NCBI GenBank assembly: GCA_963768055.1
Contig: CAVYGN010000002.1
Span: 384,001 to 448,000, forward strand
Reading direction: 5' to 3'
DNA: 64,000 nt
DNA from: an uncultured Spirochaetota bacterium
GTDB lineage: Bacteria; Spirochaetota; Brevinematia; Brevinematales; JAOACQ01
The notes beneath the pieces were generated by a model. The model had not been told where the DNA came from. It did not search any database and saw nothing but the letters and a program-made list of their open reading frames with translations. A program made the translations under genes and the position numbers. The first letter of the stretch is position 1. Each line of letters opens with the position of its first letter. Of the stretch, positions 40,227-50,121 are shown one piece after another.

Positions 40227-40996
40227 TCTCCGCTGAAAAATTTCATAGCTTTCGGATTGAATGTCTTATCGCGAATATCACTCATAATAATAACATTGGA
40301 AAAGGTTACCAGGGTTTGTTTTTGTTTCAGGGGTTCATAAAACAGCTCTTTACATTCGCTTACAACGCCTTTATCATCGAAGGAAATACCCTGTATCTCG
40401 CAGGATTTCACCAGGAGCCCGGATAAAGCGTAGTACTGCCTCTTAACAGGCAGAAAGTTCGCCGTATTTATCCACAAAAATATTTTCGCATATCCGTCGA
40501 CATCTTTTTTAGGCCCAAGCGTCAGCAGATAAAATTTATTCGTCGAGGCCGGATCCTCGAGGCCATTGGTTTCGAGGCTCGAGGTTTCGATCATCGCCCG
40601 GACGTCATAATCGCGGGAAAGCTCAAGCGCCAGGATGTCGCCGTAACTTACCGACGTCCCCAGGATTATTGCCTGGTAGCTATACTTTATACTTGTATCC
40701 GAGGTAGGAAAGTAACTCCATATCACGTTCCTGTTTTTCAGGTTGACCTGCCCCCTTGCGCTGACCGGATTTATTGTGATCATTATATTATTTTCGTGTT
40801 TCTTTTTCCCCTTATAATCCACTACATCTATCTTGCCGTTCGCCGAAGTAGTCCGGAGGGTCATGTTATAAGTGAATATATCCGGTATGAATCGCTTATC
40901 GGATTTAGAAATAACATCGCCCGGATCGATACAATAAGATAATGAACAGACAGCTGTTAATACTGCCGCTGTAATAAGTAAAATCCAATTCTTCAT
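40223..40996 (-). CDS. LolA-like outer-membrane lipoprotein-sorting protein
   Basis: Signal peptide; IWSYFP, GTSVSYGDI, YAKIFLWI, YYALSG; ABC/FtsX operon context. Confidence 0.8.
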   Translation of the reverse strand: MKNWILLITAAVLTAVCSLSYCIDPGDVISKSDKRFIPDIFTYNMTLRTTSANGKIDVVDYKGKKKHENNIMITINPVSARGQVNLKNRNVIWSYFPTSDTSIKYSYQAIILGTSVSYGDILALELSRDYDVRAMIETSSLETNGLEDPASTNKFYLLTLGPKKDVDGYAKIFLWINTANFLPVKRQYYALSGLLVKSCEIQGISFDDKGVVSECKELFYEPLKQKQTLVTFSNVIIMSDIRDKTFNPKAMKFFSGE

Positions 40997-41007
40997 AAAT
41001 ACTCCAA

Positions 41008-42225
41008 TTAATACGATTGTTCCCTGAATACCCTCGCCGGGGCTTTCGAGACGATCCGGTTAATTACCGGAATGCTCCATACCGCTGTCAGTAATAATAT
41101 GAACAGCAGTATATAGAGAAAATCCCAAAAGGAATGAATAAACATTACAGGTCCGTTCATATAATCCTGGAACACCAGGTATATCCGCATATTTTCAATT
41201 ATACTGCCTGACAAAGCGCCGATGAATACACCGATCAGATAACCGGCAAGTGCAAGAATTAATACCTCCAGTATGAAATTCCTGACGATTTTAAAATTTC
41301 TGAAACCCAGGGCCATATATGTGGCTAATTCCGCCGTCCTTTTGATTGCGAGCATTCTTATCGTTATTGCGATCACAGCCCCGGCGATCGGGAAAATGAG
41401 AATGACAGCCAGTATATTGATCCCCTGGAAGATGGCGACAAAAGATTTATTTTTATTAATAAAATCGACAAGGTCGAAAACCCACGGATTGTTGTCGGTC
41501 ATGATATCGTTGATATGCAGGTTTATATATATATTCGATACAAGCAGATTGAGGTTTTTTTCAATGCCGGGCTTGCCGAATCCGTCCTCCGGAAAATTAT
41601 TATAGATCGTTACAGTATTGTAAATGTTTGTAGAGTCAAGCAAAGTGTCCATATCCCCCTTTGTTACAAGAATGGAATCAAAACCCTTTAAAGGCTCCAT
41701 TTTTAAAATCCCGACTACCTTGAACGGCAGTGTATTTAAAACGCGGTCTTTAGGAGTATAGACCGATAGATAGATCTCGTCGCCGGTTTTTATAATTCCC
41801 CTGTACCGCGCTTCCGGCACCGCGGCCTCACCGGAGGTTTCCGGGAGCCTTCCGCTAATGAGGTAATACCAGGCCTTCGACCTTATCCTGTTTTCAGGGG
41901 TCAGTTCGAATACATTCGCCTGGGCGCTGATCTTATCGTTATCGATGTAACTCCCCCAGGCGCATCTTTCCAGCACGGTTTTTTCAAGTTTATACGGCTC
42001 CAGGGCTTTTTTTATCCTGTCGCCGGGATAAAATCCCCAAAAACCTCCCCATAAATAAATGGTCGCGTCGCCGTCGCTGTCCCTGTACATATGATATTCT
42101 ATCCGCTTTACGGAATTCGAGATCCCGGTAGTCCAAAAAAGGGCGCCGCTTATAAGGACAAAGATCACGAGCATTAAAGCCGAAGTCCATTTATGTTTTA
42201 TTATATTCCTTATCGCGATTTTCAT
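41008..42225 (-). CDS. FtsX/LolE-like ABC permease
   Basis: AIRNIIKHK + TM1, periplasmic domain, KRTAELATYMALG, three C-terminal TMs. Confidence 0.85.
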   Translation of the reverse strand: MKIAIRNIIKHKWTSALMLVIFVLISGALFWTTGISNSVKRIEYHMYRDSDGDATIYLWGGFWGFYPGDRIKKALEPYKLEKTVLERCAWGSYIDNDKISAQANVFELTPENRIRSKAWYYLISGRLPETSGEAAVPEARYRGIIKTGDEIYLSVYTPKDRVLNTLPFKVVGILKMEPLKGFDSILVTKGDMDTLLDSTNIYNTVTIYNNFPEDGFGKPGIEKNLNLLVSNIYINLHINDIMTDNNPWVFDLVDFINKNKSFVAIFQGINILAVILIFPIAGAVIAITIRMLAIKRTAELATYMALGFRNFKIVRNFILEVLILALAGYLIGVFIGALSGSIIENMRIYLVFQDYMNGPVMFIHSFWDFLYILLFILLLTAVWSIPVINRIVSKAPARVFREQSY

Positions 42226-42237
42226 TATTTCTCCTTT

Positions 42238-43473
42238 TTAATTCTCATTTCTAAAAACCTCTACCGGCACAATTTTCCCTATAAGCACGACAGGGTATGC
42301 CATCGAGGCAAGCACCGCAGAAAGAACAAAAGTAAACGCGGTCCCAAGGGTTTCCGGGGTAACGTTTAAATAGAAGTTCCGGCCGGCGAGGGCGGATTTG
42401 ATAAAATTCAATTCGATCCCCCTGTACAACACCGCCTGAAGCGCGGCGAAAAAGCAGCAGGATATGACGAACGCCGCGGCCGAAAATATGACCATTTCGC
42501 TGACAAGCAGTATCTGGAGTTTAAAAGGCCTGAAACCCATCGCGAGCATCGCCGCAAATTCCTTTTTCCTTTCAAGGAACGACATGAGGTTGAGGTTGGT
42601 AACGGTTATAAGGAAAATTATTACAATGAAAACAACGATGGCGGATTCTATAAACCTGACAAAACTTATCACGCCCCCGACCCCTCCCCCTATAGACTCC
42701 TCCGAATTCATGAATTTGAGGCCGTATTTCACGGCCAGCTCTTTCAAACTTTCCCTGTACTTTCCATTGCCGTCCCAGATCACTACATCCGTATAATCAC
42801 CGTCACCCAGCCCTAGAATTTTTGCAAGAAAAGACATTTTTACAAGGGTCCAGTTATAATGGAAATAAGCATTGTCAAGGCTTCTATATAAATCAAATTT
42901 CCCGTTAATACTGAACTTATAGGAGACATTGCCCCCGTCGGCGGCCCTGAAAAAATAAACAAGGTTTGTCCCGACCGGCGGCTGATAATTCCAGGAGGGA
43001 TTCCAGAAAAAATCCATGCCGTTATCTGAGGCAGGTTCGAATGCGCCGTCATAAATCAATATATTGGAGAGGATCTTTTCCTCTTTTAAAAAATCTATCC
43101 CGAGGAATTTGTTGAAATCCCGAAACCCGAGCTTCTCATCATAATACTTTGCCCCGGTCCTTATCCTGCATGAATATTGAATTTTATTCCTGTCGAGAAA
43201 ATCAATAATTTCCTTATTGATAAATTTCAGGGGCGGGACAGGGTTAAAAAAACGGTAATCGTCGCCGATCCCCGTTATCGAAGTTATATAGTAATCTCCC
43301 AGGACCGTATCTGAGAGGTAATGCCTCCAGTTATCCCTGATATTCCATTCAAGCGAGGAAGCTATAAAAAACAGGGAACAGCCCGTCATGATCATAAGAA
43401 CAACGAGCAGATTCTTTGTCTTGTGGCGGAACAGGTTTCTTAACGATAGCCTGAACAGGGTCTTAATATCCAT
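42238..43473 (-). CDS. FtsX/LolE-like ABC permease
   Basis: Start set at MDIKTLFRLSLRNLFRHK (43473); ERKKEFAAMLAMG. Confidence 0.85.
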   Translation of the reverse strand: MDIKTLFRLSLRNLFRHKTKNLLVVLMIMTGCSLFFIASSLEWNIRDNWRHYLSDTVLGDYYITSITGIGDDYRFFNPVPPLKFINKEIIDFLDRNKIQYSCRIRTGAKYYDEKLGFRDFNKFLGIDFLKEEKILSNILIYDGAFEPASDNGMDFFWNPSWNYQPPVGTNLVYFFRAADGGNVSYKFSINGKFDLYRSLDNAYFHYNWTLVKMSFLAKILGLGDGDYTDVVIWDGNGKYRESLKELAVKYGLKFMNSEESIGGGVGGVISFVRFIESAIVVFIVIIFLITVTNLNLMSFLERKKEFAAMLAMGFRPFKLQILLVSEMVIFSAAAFVISCCFFAALQAVLYRGIELNFIKSALAGRNFYLNVTPETLGTAFTFVLSAVLASMAYPVVLIGKIVPVEVFRNEN

Positions 43474-43632
43474 CCGGCTTGCCCCTTTTAAAAAATTATG
43501 GCATGAGTTTAACTCGAAATTATCATAAAAACAATACCGATTTCTAGGTATTTTATCCCGTCCGGGAATTACAATACCATGATTATACCATGCTCCGGCC
43601 TGAAAACCATACCCCATTTGTATGAATTCACA

Positions 43633-44643
43633 CTACGGCAAAATAATCACTTCTTTTTCGGGCATTATGCCCTGGCTCTCGTATATCTTCTCGGTCAGGA
43701 AATTGATAAGATAGATGACATCCCCGGCTGTAGCCTTTTTTTTGTTGATGATCATATTGCCATGGTAAGGGGAGACCATGGCGCCGCCCTTTGACATCCC
43801 CTTTAAACCCAGCCTGTCGACAATAGTTCCGGTTGGGACCTCGAATGCCCGGTTATTCTTGAAAACAGAACCGCAGGAAGGGTAATCGAAATGCTTTTTG
43901 CTGTTCCTGTCCTTTTCGATCCTGTTAAAATAAGGAAAACAGCCTTTATCAGGGATATATTTTACTGCACTATGGAAAAACGACCGGAATTTTTTCAGGG
44001 ATGAGAATCCGCCTGAGCAGCTTTTTATCTTTTCGAATACCTTCCTGACGGGAACCATATTCTTCCACCTGGTTTCGGGGATCTCAATTTCCACACCCAA
44101 AATTATCCAATTTTTCGACTGAAAAATAGACCCCTTGTATTCGAAACAGCAGTCTCCGGGCGGCAGCTTCCCGATCCCGAAAGATTTTCCGGAGGCGTCA
44201 ATGTACGACACGGACGATAAAATCCGGGCCATTTCACTGTCGTAGCATCTGGCGTTCATATAAACTCCCGCGCCTATCGTACCGGGCAAAAGGTATGTAA
44301 ATGAAAGTCCGTCTCTTTCAACAGCGGCCCCGCAGATCGCCAGAAAAGACATGGGCACTCCCGCCGAAAGATAGAGCCTGTATCTTTCAGCCCTCATTTC
44401 AAGAAGGTTTTTCATAGTTATGTATAAGCGCCCCTTCTCCGGCCTGTCGGGGAAAATGATGTTCGCGCCAAGCCCGAATAAGCTGTAAGGCATGGAATAT
44501 TTTCCCGCATGATCAAGTAAAAAAAAGAGTTCATCCGTCGACGAGGGCGAGGCGAAATAATCGGCCGATCCCCCGATCCTGTATGAGGAATGTTCGGAAA
44601 GACTTACATCCCGCCTGGTCAGGCCTTCGAAAGACAATGACAT
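43633..44643 (-). CDS. murB: UDP-N-acetylmuramate dehydrogenase
   Basis: HSSYRIGGSA, LPGTIGAGVYMNA, YPSCGSVFKN, HGNMIIN. Confidence 0.9.
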   Translation of the reverse strand: MSLSFEGLTRRDVSLSEHSSYRIGGSADYFASPSSTDELFFLLDHAGKYSMPYSLFGLGANIIFPDRPEKGRLYITMKNLLEMRAERYRLYLSAGVPMSFLAICGAAVERDGLSFTYLLPGTIGAGVYMNARCYDSEMARILSSVSYIDASGKSFGIGKLPPGDCCFEYKGSIFQSKNWIILGVEIEIPETRWKNMVPVRKVFEKIKSCSGGFSSLKKFRSFFHSAVKYIPDKGCFPYFNRIEKDRNSKKHFDYPSCGSVFKNNRAFEVPTGTIVDRLGLKGMSKGGAMVSPYHGNMIINKKKATAGDVIYLINFLTEKIYESQGIMPEKEVIILP

Positions 44644-44800
44644 TTAAATTTCTCCCTTCTCTATATCATAGCATAATTTCGATCGCAAGTCTATGAGTTT
44701 TGTCTGGATCCGATACATCCCGGTTCGGGCATTTTGAATAATTTGTGTTTTAAGTCCGCCCCATATATAATTATGATCCGTTTTATTGGGAATAATATAT

Positions 44801-45733
44801 ATGAATGATAAAACCGGCCTCGCTCCGATCGCGCTCTTCGCTTATAACAGAAAGGAACACCTGGAAAAGACTGTCGATTCGCTTAAAAAGAACAAGAAGG
44901 CGACGGATTCTCAGCTTTTTATATTTTCCGACGGGCCTAAAAGCGGCGGGCCGGCCGAAGGCGTCGATGCAGTCAGAAAATACATAAGGGGCATAACAGG
45001 ATTTAAAACAATTACAGTTGTAAACAGGGATAAAAATATCGGGCTGGCCCGGTCGATCATTTCCGGGGTAACCGAGACCCTGTCGCATTACGGCAGGGTC
45101 ATCGTCCTGGAGGACGATCTCATAGTTTCGCCGTTTTTCCTCGATTATATGAACGAGGCTCTTGAAATCTACGAAACCGACCCTGAAGTAATATGCATAC
45201 ATGCTTATTCCTATCCTCTAAAGGGCCATGTGCCTGAAACTTACTTCATCCGGGGAGCCGATTGCTGGGGATGGGGGACATGGAAAAGGGGATGGGAGCT
45301 TTTTGAACCAGATGGAAAAAAGCTTCTCGGGGAATTATTATCCCGCAGGCTGGGCAGGGAATTCGATTTCAACGGCAGCTATCCCTATACCAGGATGCTC
45401 GAAGACCAGATCGGGGGAAGGAACGATTCCTGGGCGATAAGGTGGTACGCCTCGGCTTTCCTCGGCAATAAGCTGACCCTTTACCCCGGCAGGTCGCTTG
45501 TGGAGAACGCGGGCTTCGATAATACAGGAACGCATGGAGGCAAGACCTCCTCTTACGAAACTGAGCTTACTAATACACCGATCATACTTGAAAAGTTAAT
45601 ACCGGAAGAAAACAAGCAGGCTCGCAGGGCTATAACCTCTTATTTCCGTGAGACTAATCCCGGGCTCTTCGGTAAAATAAGGAGAAAAATGATTAGAATG
45701 ATCATTAAACCCGGGAAGGCCGACAATGTATAA
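44801..45733 (+). CDS. glycosyltransferase (GT-A fold)
   Basis: APIALFAYNR, IFSDGPK, VIVLEDD, WGWGTW, DSWAIRW. Confidence 0.85.
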   Translation: MNDKTGLAPIALFAYNRKEHLEKTVDSLKKNKKATDSQLFIFSDGPKSGGPAEGVDAVRKYIRGITGFKTITVVNRDKNIGLARSIISGVTETLSHYGRVIVLEDDLIVSPFFLDYMNEALEIYETDPEVICIHAYSYPLKGHVPETYFIRGADCWGWGTWKRGWELFEPDGKKLLGELLSRRLGREFDFNGSYPYTRMLEDQIGGRNDSWAIRWYASAFLGNKLTLYPGRSLVENAGFDNTGTHGGKTSSYETELTNTPIILEKLIPEENKQARRAITSYFRETNPGLFGKIRRKMIRMIIKPGKADNV

Positions 45734-46718
45734 TTTCTGCACCCTCTTCGACAGCCGTTACCTTGCGAAAGGTATAGCTATGATAGATTCTCTGGCGGAA
45801 TCAGGGATCGATTTCCGGCTTTATTTTTTCCCTTTCGACGATAAGGCGGAAAAAGTCATAAAAGAGCTTGATTACGATAGGGTCATCATAATACCTCTGC
45901 GTCTTTTTGAAGATAAAGACCTGTTAAAAATAAAGCAATCGAGGAGCGCCGCCGAATATTGCTGGACCTGCACCCCCTCGACAATACTTTACGTTTTAAA
46001 CAATTTTCAGGCCGGCGAGTGCACTTATATTGACGCGGATCTGTATTTTTACAGTTCTCCGGAGCGTATATTCGCTGAGATGAAAGATTCTTCGATACTC
46101 CTGACGGAGCACAGATATACAAGAGAATACGACCAGACAGAAATATCAGGAAGATTCTGCGTGCAGTTCACAACCTTTAAAAAAGATCCGTCCGGACTGA
46201 ACGCACTTATCTGGTGGAGAAACGCCTGCATCGATTGGTGCTACTCCAGGTTCGAGGACGGAAAATTCGGCGATCAGAAATACCTTGACGACTGGCCCGG
46301 CCGCTTTCCCGGGGTTCATGTCCTCGAGGAACCCGGCGGAGACTTGGCGCCATGGAATATTCAGCAATACATACTATTGCCTGATGGAAAGAGGATTACC
46401 GGCCGTGAAAGAACAAGCGGGAAAGAGTTCGCAGTTATTTTTTATCATTTTCATGATCTGAAATTTTTCCCGGGGAACCTGGCGGACCTTGGTTTTTACA
46501 GGTTTCCGCCGGGGGTTATCGATATTCTTTATAAACCGTATATCAGGAAGCTTTTTGAAGCCTGCAGGCTGGTAAAATCGATAGACAGTTCCATCGATCC
46601 GCTTGGGACCATTATAAAAAAACCGGGATGGAAAACCCCGTTCAGGCTTATCAGAAAACTAAAGAGATTATTAAAAGGGAATTATAATATTTTCAATGTA
46701 AATAAATTTGTTGAATAA
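45726..46718 (+). CDS. glycosyltransferase-like protein
   Basis: FCTLFDSRYL, EYCWTCTP, YIDADLYF, FGDQKYLD, APWN, FYHFH. Confidence 0.8.
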   Translation: MYNFCTLFDSRYLAKGIAMIDSLAESGIDFRLYFFPFDDKAEKVIKELDYDRVIIIPLRLFEDKDLLKIKQSRSAAEYCWTCTPSTILYVLNNFQAGECTYIDADLYFYSSPERIFAEMKDSSILLTEHRYTREYDQTEISGRFCVQFTTFKKDPSGLNALIWWRNACIDWCYSRFEDGKFGDQKYLDDWPGRFPGVHVLEEPGGDLAPWNIQQYILLPDGKRITGRERTSGKEFAVIFYHFHDLKFFPGNLADLGFYRFPPGVIDILYKPYIRKLFEACRLVKSIDSSIDPLGTIIKKPGWKTPFRLIRKLKRLLKGNYNIFNVNKFVE

Positions 46719-46727
46719 TTTATTTAA

Positions 46728-46862
46728 GGGCACTTCCAATAACTGCCCCCCTTACGGGGACAAGTGGCCTGTCCTGGGGCCAGGCACCAGGGCACCATTA
46801 GGCGGAATTATTAGATTCATTATTACGATTGTTTTTCAAAAATCTAGTTTTTGGAACCGCCC
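46728..46862. mobile_element. MITE family A, copy 4 (135 bp)
   Basis: TIRs GGGCACTTCCAATAAC / GTTTTTGGAACCGCCC; TTAA on both flanks (46724-27, 46863-66). Confidence 0.85.
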
Positions 46863-46935
46863 TTAACAAACCGGATCAACTTTTATATAAAATATAGGAA
46901 GAGCCGGATTGAAACCAGGATCATAGGAGTTCTTG

Positions 46936-47162
46936 ATGCTTAAAAAAATAAAATCTATTTTAAAGTTATTCATTCCTCCAATTTTATTTCAAATTTATAA
47001 TTTGTTTTAAGGGTAAAATTCAGTTTTATCCCGCTAATGACCGGTTAAATTCAATCAGCATTTTTAAAAAATTATGATTTGCTTACCGATTTTGATAATA
47101 ATGATGATATCGGCGAGGGCATCTATTTTAAAGGTTTCATCTTTAAAAGGAAAAGCAAATGA
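46936..47162 (+). pseudogene. internally deleted remnant of a probable sugar methyltransferase (TIGR04325-like)
   Basis: AGGAG RBS + MLKKIKSILKLFIPPILFQIYNLF* (46936-47010), then in another frame FLKNYDLLTDFDNNDDIGEGIYFKGFIFKRKSK* (47061-47162). Family assignment is from recalled terminal motifs. Confidence 0.55.
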
Positions 47163-47221
47163 GATCCAAAATCAAGGGGTAAAAAAAGCCCTGCCGCTCT
47201 AGTTCCGGCTCAGGCCCGGGA

Positions 47222-47250
47222 TTGATTTATGTTTATTTTAAATATATAAT
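47222..47250 (+). promoter_or_regulatory. sigma-70 promoter
   Basis: TTGATT-N17-TATAAT upstream of the CsgG/LamG gene. Confidence 0.6.
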
Positions 47251-47279
47251 AGGTATTGTTAATTATTTCGGGGTGTCCA

Positions 47280-48557
47280 ATGACAAATAAAATTATCCGC
47301 TTGGCGGGTAATGATGGCCGGGACCTGCGGATGGCGCTAAAATTCTGCCTGGCGCTGGCGATAGCGATAATGACAGGACCTCTTTACGCAAAATGGGATA
47401 ATCTGGATAAAATACATGTCGCGGTTTTAAATTTAAATTCCCGGCTGACTAATGAGGGCATCGATCCCGAAACTATAATGGAAACATTGGAATCAAGGCT
47501 GGTTGAAATAGGCGAGTTTAAGCTTGTCGAAAGATCGGTATTAAAAAAAATACTCGAAGAGCAAAAACTTGAGCTTTCCGGGTTAACAGAGAACGAAGCG
47601 ACAAAAATAGGAAAATTATCGCAGGCCGATAAAGTTATTACCGGTTCTCTCTCGAAGTCCGGAGGCCGGTACGTCCTTTTAATCAAAAGCGTCGATGTCG
47701 CTTCGGGAGAAATCGATATATCCGATCAGATATCGTCTTTTACGTCAAAAGGACTGATCTCGGCCATTCCGGAAGCGGCGGAAAGGCTCCTGGCCAGGGC
47801 TAAAGGGGAGAAAGTCGGCCCTTATGAACCTAAAGACCTGCCGGAGTCCTCCTCTTCGTCAATACCGGCGAAAGTTCTTCCCGACATTAAAACAACCTCC
47901 GATCCTTCAATATTAGGTTATTATGCATTCAATGGAACGGCAAAAGATTATGGCCCTCTGAAGAACGACGGTATAGTTATAGGTCCCCGATTGGGCGTTA
48001 ACCGTTTTAATCAATCAAATTCCTCGTATTATTTCGGTACAAATATTAATTATATTACTTCGCCGTTTTGCTTCAGCAACCTGAGCTCCCTGACTCTGAG
48101 TCTCTGGTTTAAGACAGACACTTTTACCGGCGGAAGAATAGCCGGCTTCGGGGATGAAAAGAAAGGAATGTCCTATCTGAGGGATAAGATGATCTATATG
48201 AACGACGACGGGCAGATATTTGCCGGAATGAGAAACTTCGAGACAGATCAATTGATCATATATACCGAACAGACTTATAACGATAATAACTGGCATCTTG
48301 CAACCGCCATTTTTACTGAAAAGTCTATTAAGCTTTATCTGGATGATAAGTTGGCGGCCCGGAAGGGAGGCTCATACAAGTCATCCTTAGAAAGCGGGTA
48401 TTTTCGCTGCGGATATGATCATTTGGGCGGCTGGCCGTACCAATCTACAACATATAGTTTTAACGGTTATATCGATGAAGTCCGCATTTATAACCGGGAA
48501 TTGACGGAAGAGGAAATACTATCGATTTACCGGGAGAACGGCTGGGCAAAAGAATGA
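47280..48557 (+). CDS. exported CsgG/TolB-N-like + LamG (concanavalin-like) domain protein
   Basis: Signal peptide; LVERS..ILEEQ..IGKL..ADKVITGS; LamG TLSLWFK, WHL, FNGYIDEVRIYNRELTEEEI. Start uncertain (47280 or 47331). Confidence 0.8.
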   Translation: MTNKIIRLAGNDGRDLRMALKFCLALAIAIMTGPLYAKWDNLDKIHVAVLNLNSRLTNEGIDPETIMETLESRLVEIGEFKLVERSVLKKILEEQKLELSGLTENEATKIGKLSQADKVITGSLSKSGGRYVLLIKSVDVASGEIDISDQISSFTSKGLISAIPEAAERLLARAKGEKVGPYEPKDLPESSSSSIPAKVLPDIKTTSDPSILGYYAFNGTAKDYGPLKNDGIVIGPRLGVNRFNQSNSSYYFGTNINYITSPFCFSNLSSLTLSLWFKTDTFTGGRIAGFGDEKKGMSYLRDKMIYMNDDGQIFAGMRNFETDQLIIYTEQTYNDNNWHLATAIFTEKSIKLYLDDKLAARKGGSYKSSLESGYFRCGYDHLGGWPYQSTTYSFNGYIDEVRIYNRELTEEEILSIYRENGWAKE

Positions 48558-48654
48558 TGATCCAACGTGTCGATGGCCCCGGCTGTCCGTGTATATTACC
48601 CGGGATTGCAATTTGTCAAGCAGACATTTCCTTAACTTTATAAAGGATATTTAA

Positions 48655-49026
48655 ATGCCTGAAATTATCCTGCTTCCGACTTTCTCCGATTACAGGGGCA
48701 AACTGACCGTCCTTGAAAAGGTCCTTCCATTCGAAATAAAAAGAATATATTATATTTACGATGTGCCCAGTCCCTCGATAGACAGGGGAGGTCATTATCA
48801 CCGTAAAACACGCCAGGCCCTTATTTGCGTAAGCGGAAGCTGTATTATATCGACTAACGACGGGGGCAAAAAAACCGAATTTAAACTTGACAGCGCCGAT
48901 AAATGCCTTATTCTCGAGCCAAGCGACTGGCATACTATGCATCATTTCACCGAAGGCGCGGTTCTGCTTGTTCTCGCTTCGGAATATTTTGAAGCAGACG
49001 ATTACATCGACGAGGAGCATTCATGA
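48655..49026 (+). CDS. fdtA: dTDP-sugar 3,4-ketoisomerase (FdtA/QdtA/WxcM-like cupin)
   Basis: [30 protein letters not shown]. Confidence 0.85.
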   Translation: MPEIILLPTFSDYRGKLTVLEKVLPFEIKRIYYIYDVPSPSIDRGGHYHRKTRQALICVSGSCIISTNDGGKKTEFKLDSADKCLILEPSDWHTMHHFTEGAVLLVLASEYFEADDYIDEEHS

Positions 49027-50108
49027 TCGAATATGAAAATCTGGGAAGGGTCAATTCCCCGTTTTTTGATGAATATAGAAAGAGTTTTTCGGATACGCTT
49101 GAAGGCGGATGGTATATACTGGGCAAAAACGTTGACAAATTTGAGCATGAATTCGCGGAGTACTGCGGGGCAAAGCACTGCGTCGGCGTCGCTTCGGGGC
49201 TTGACGCACTTTCCCTGTCCCTTAAAGCCCTGGGCCTCGCCCCGGGCGACGAAGTTATTGTGGCTTCGAACGCTTACATTGCCGCAATTCTTTCCATTCT
49301 TCATAACGGTCTTGTCCCGGTCCTTGTCGAACCTGATATCCGGACATATAATATCGATCCGGTTAAAATTGAAGAGAAAATTTCTCCTAAAACCAGGGTA
49401 ATAATGCCCGTCCATCTGTACGGAAAGATCTGCCCGATGATCCCGATCATGAAAATCGCGGAGAAGCACGACCTTAAAGTGATCGAAGACTGCGCCCAGG
49501 CACATGGCGCAGCTCTTGAAGGCCGCAAGGCGGGTTCTTTCGGTCACATCAACGCATTCAGCTTTTATCCCACGAAAAATTTAGGGGCCCTGGGCGACGC
49601 CGGCGCTGTCACTACCGACGATGAAAACCTTGCTTCCACAGTCCGGAAACTCCGTAATTACGGTTCGAGTGTAAGGTATTGCAACGAACTTGCAGGTTAT
49701 AATTCAAGGCTGGATGAAATTCAGGCCGGTTTTTTGAGTATTAAGCTGAAAAGCCTCGATGCGATCAATTCCCATAAAAGAAAACTGGCAGGGTTATATC
49801 TTGAGGGCTTGAAGAAAGATTTTATAATGCCCGCAGTATCCGAAGGATTTTACGACGTCTATCATATATTCAATATCCGGCATGAAGCCAGGGACAGTTT
49901 AAGGGAATATCTTAAAAAAAACGGGGTTTTGACCGACATACATTACCCCGTTTCACCCAACAGACAGCCTGCCATGAAGGGAATAATAGACCATGAGCCT
50001 TATCCGTTATCCGAAGAAATTCATGCCACGACCCTGAGCCTCCCGGTATCCTATTATCATGACGAAAGAGATATATCCAGGGTGATAGAAATCCTCAATA
50101 AATTTTAA
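49023..50108 (+). CDS. fdtB: DegT/DnrJ/EryC1/StrS aminotransferase (FdtB-like)
   Basis: [40 protein letters not shown]. Confidence 0.88.
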   Translation: MIEYENLGRVNSPFFDEYRKSFSDTLEGGWYILGKNVDKFEHEFAEYCGAKHCVGVASGLDALSLSLKALGLAPGDEVIVASNAYIAAILSILHNGLVPVLVEPDIRTYNIDPVKIEEKISPKTRVIMPVHLYGKICPMIPIMKIAEKHDLKVIEDCAQAHGAALEGRKAGSFGHINAFSFYPTKNLGALGDAGAVTTDDENLASTVRKLRNYGSSVRYCNELAGYNSRLDEIQAGFLSIKLKSLDAINSHKRKLAGLYLEGLKKDFIMPAVSEGFYDVYHIFNIRHEARDSLREYLKKNGVLTDIHYPVSPNRQPAMKGIIDHEPYPLSEEIHATTLSLPVSYYHDERDISRVIEILNKF

Positions 50109-50121
50109 CCGGCTGGAAAAA

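Noticed and set aside
44755..44763. TCCGCCCCA matching the tRNA-Gln 3' end as an att site
   Set aside because: It is only 9 bp, lies upstream of the tRNA, and the core genes ispE/spoVG would fall inside the supposed island.
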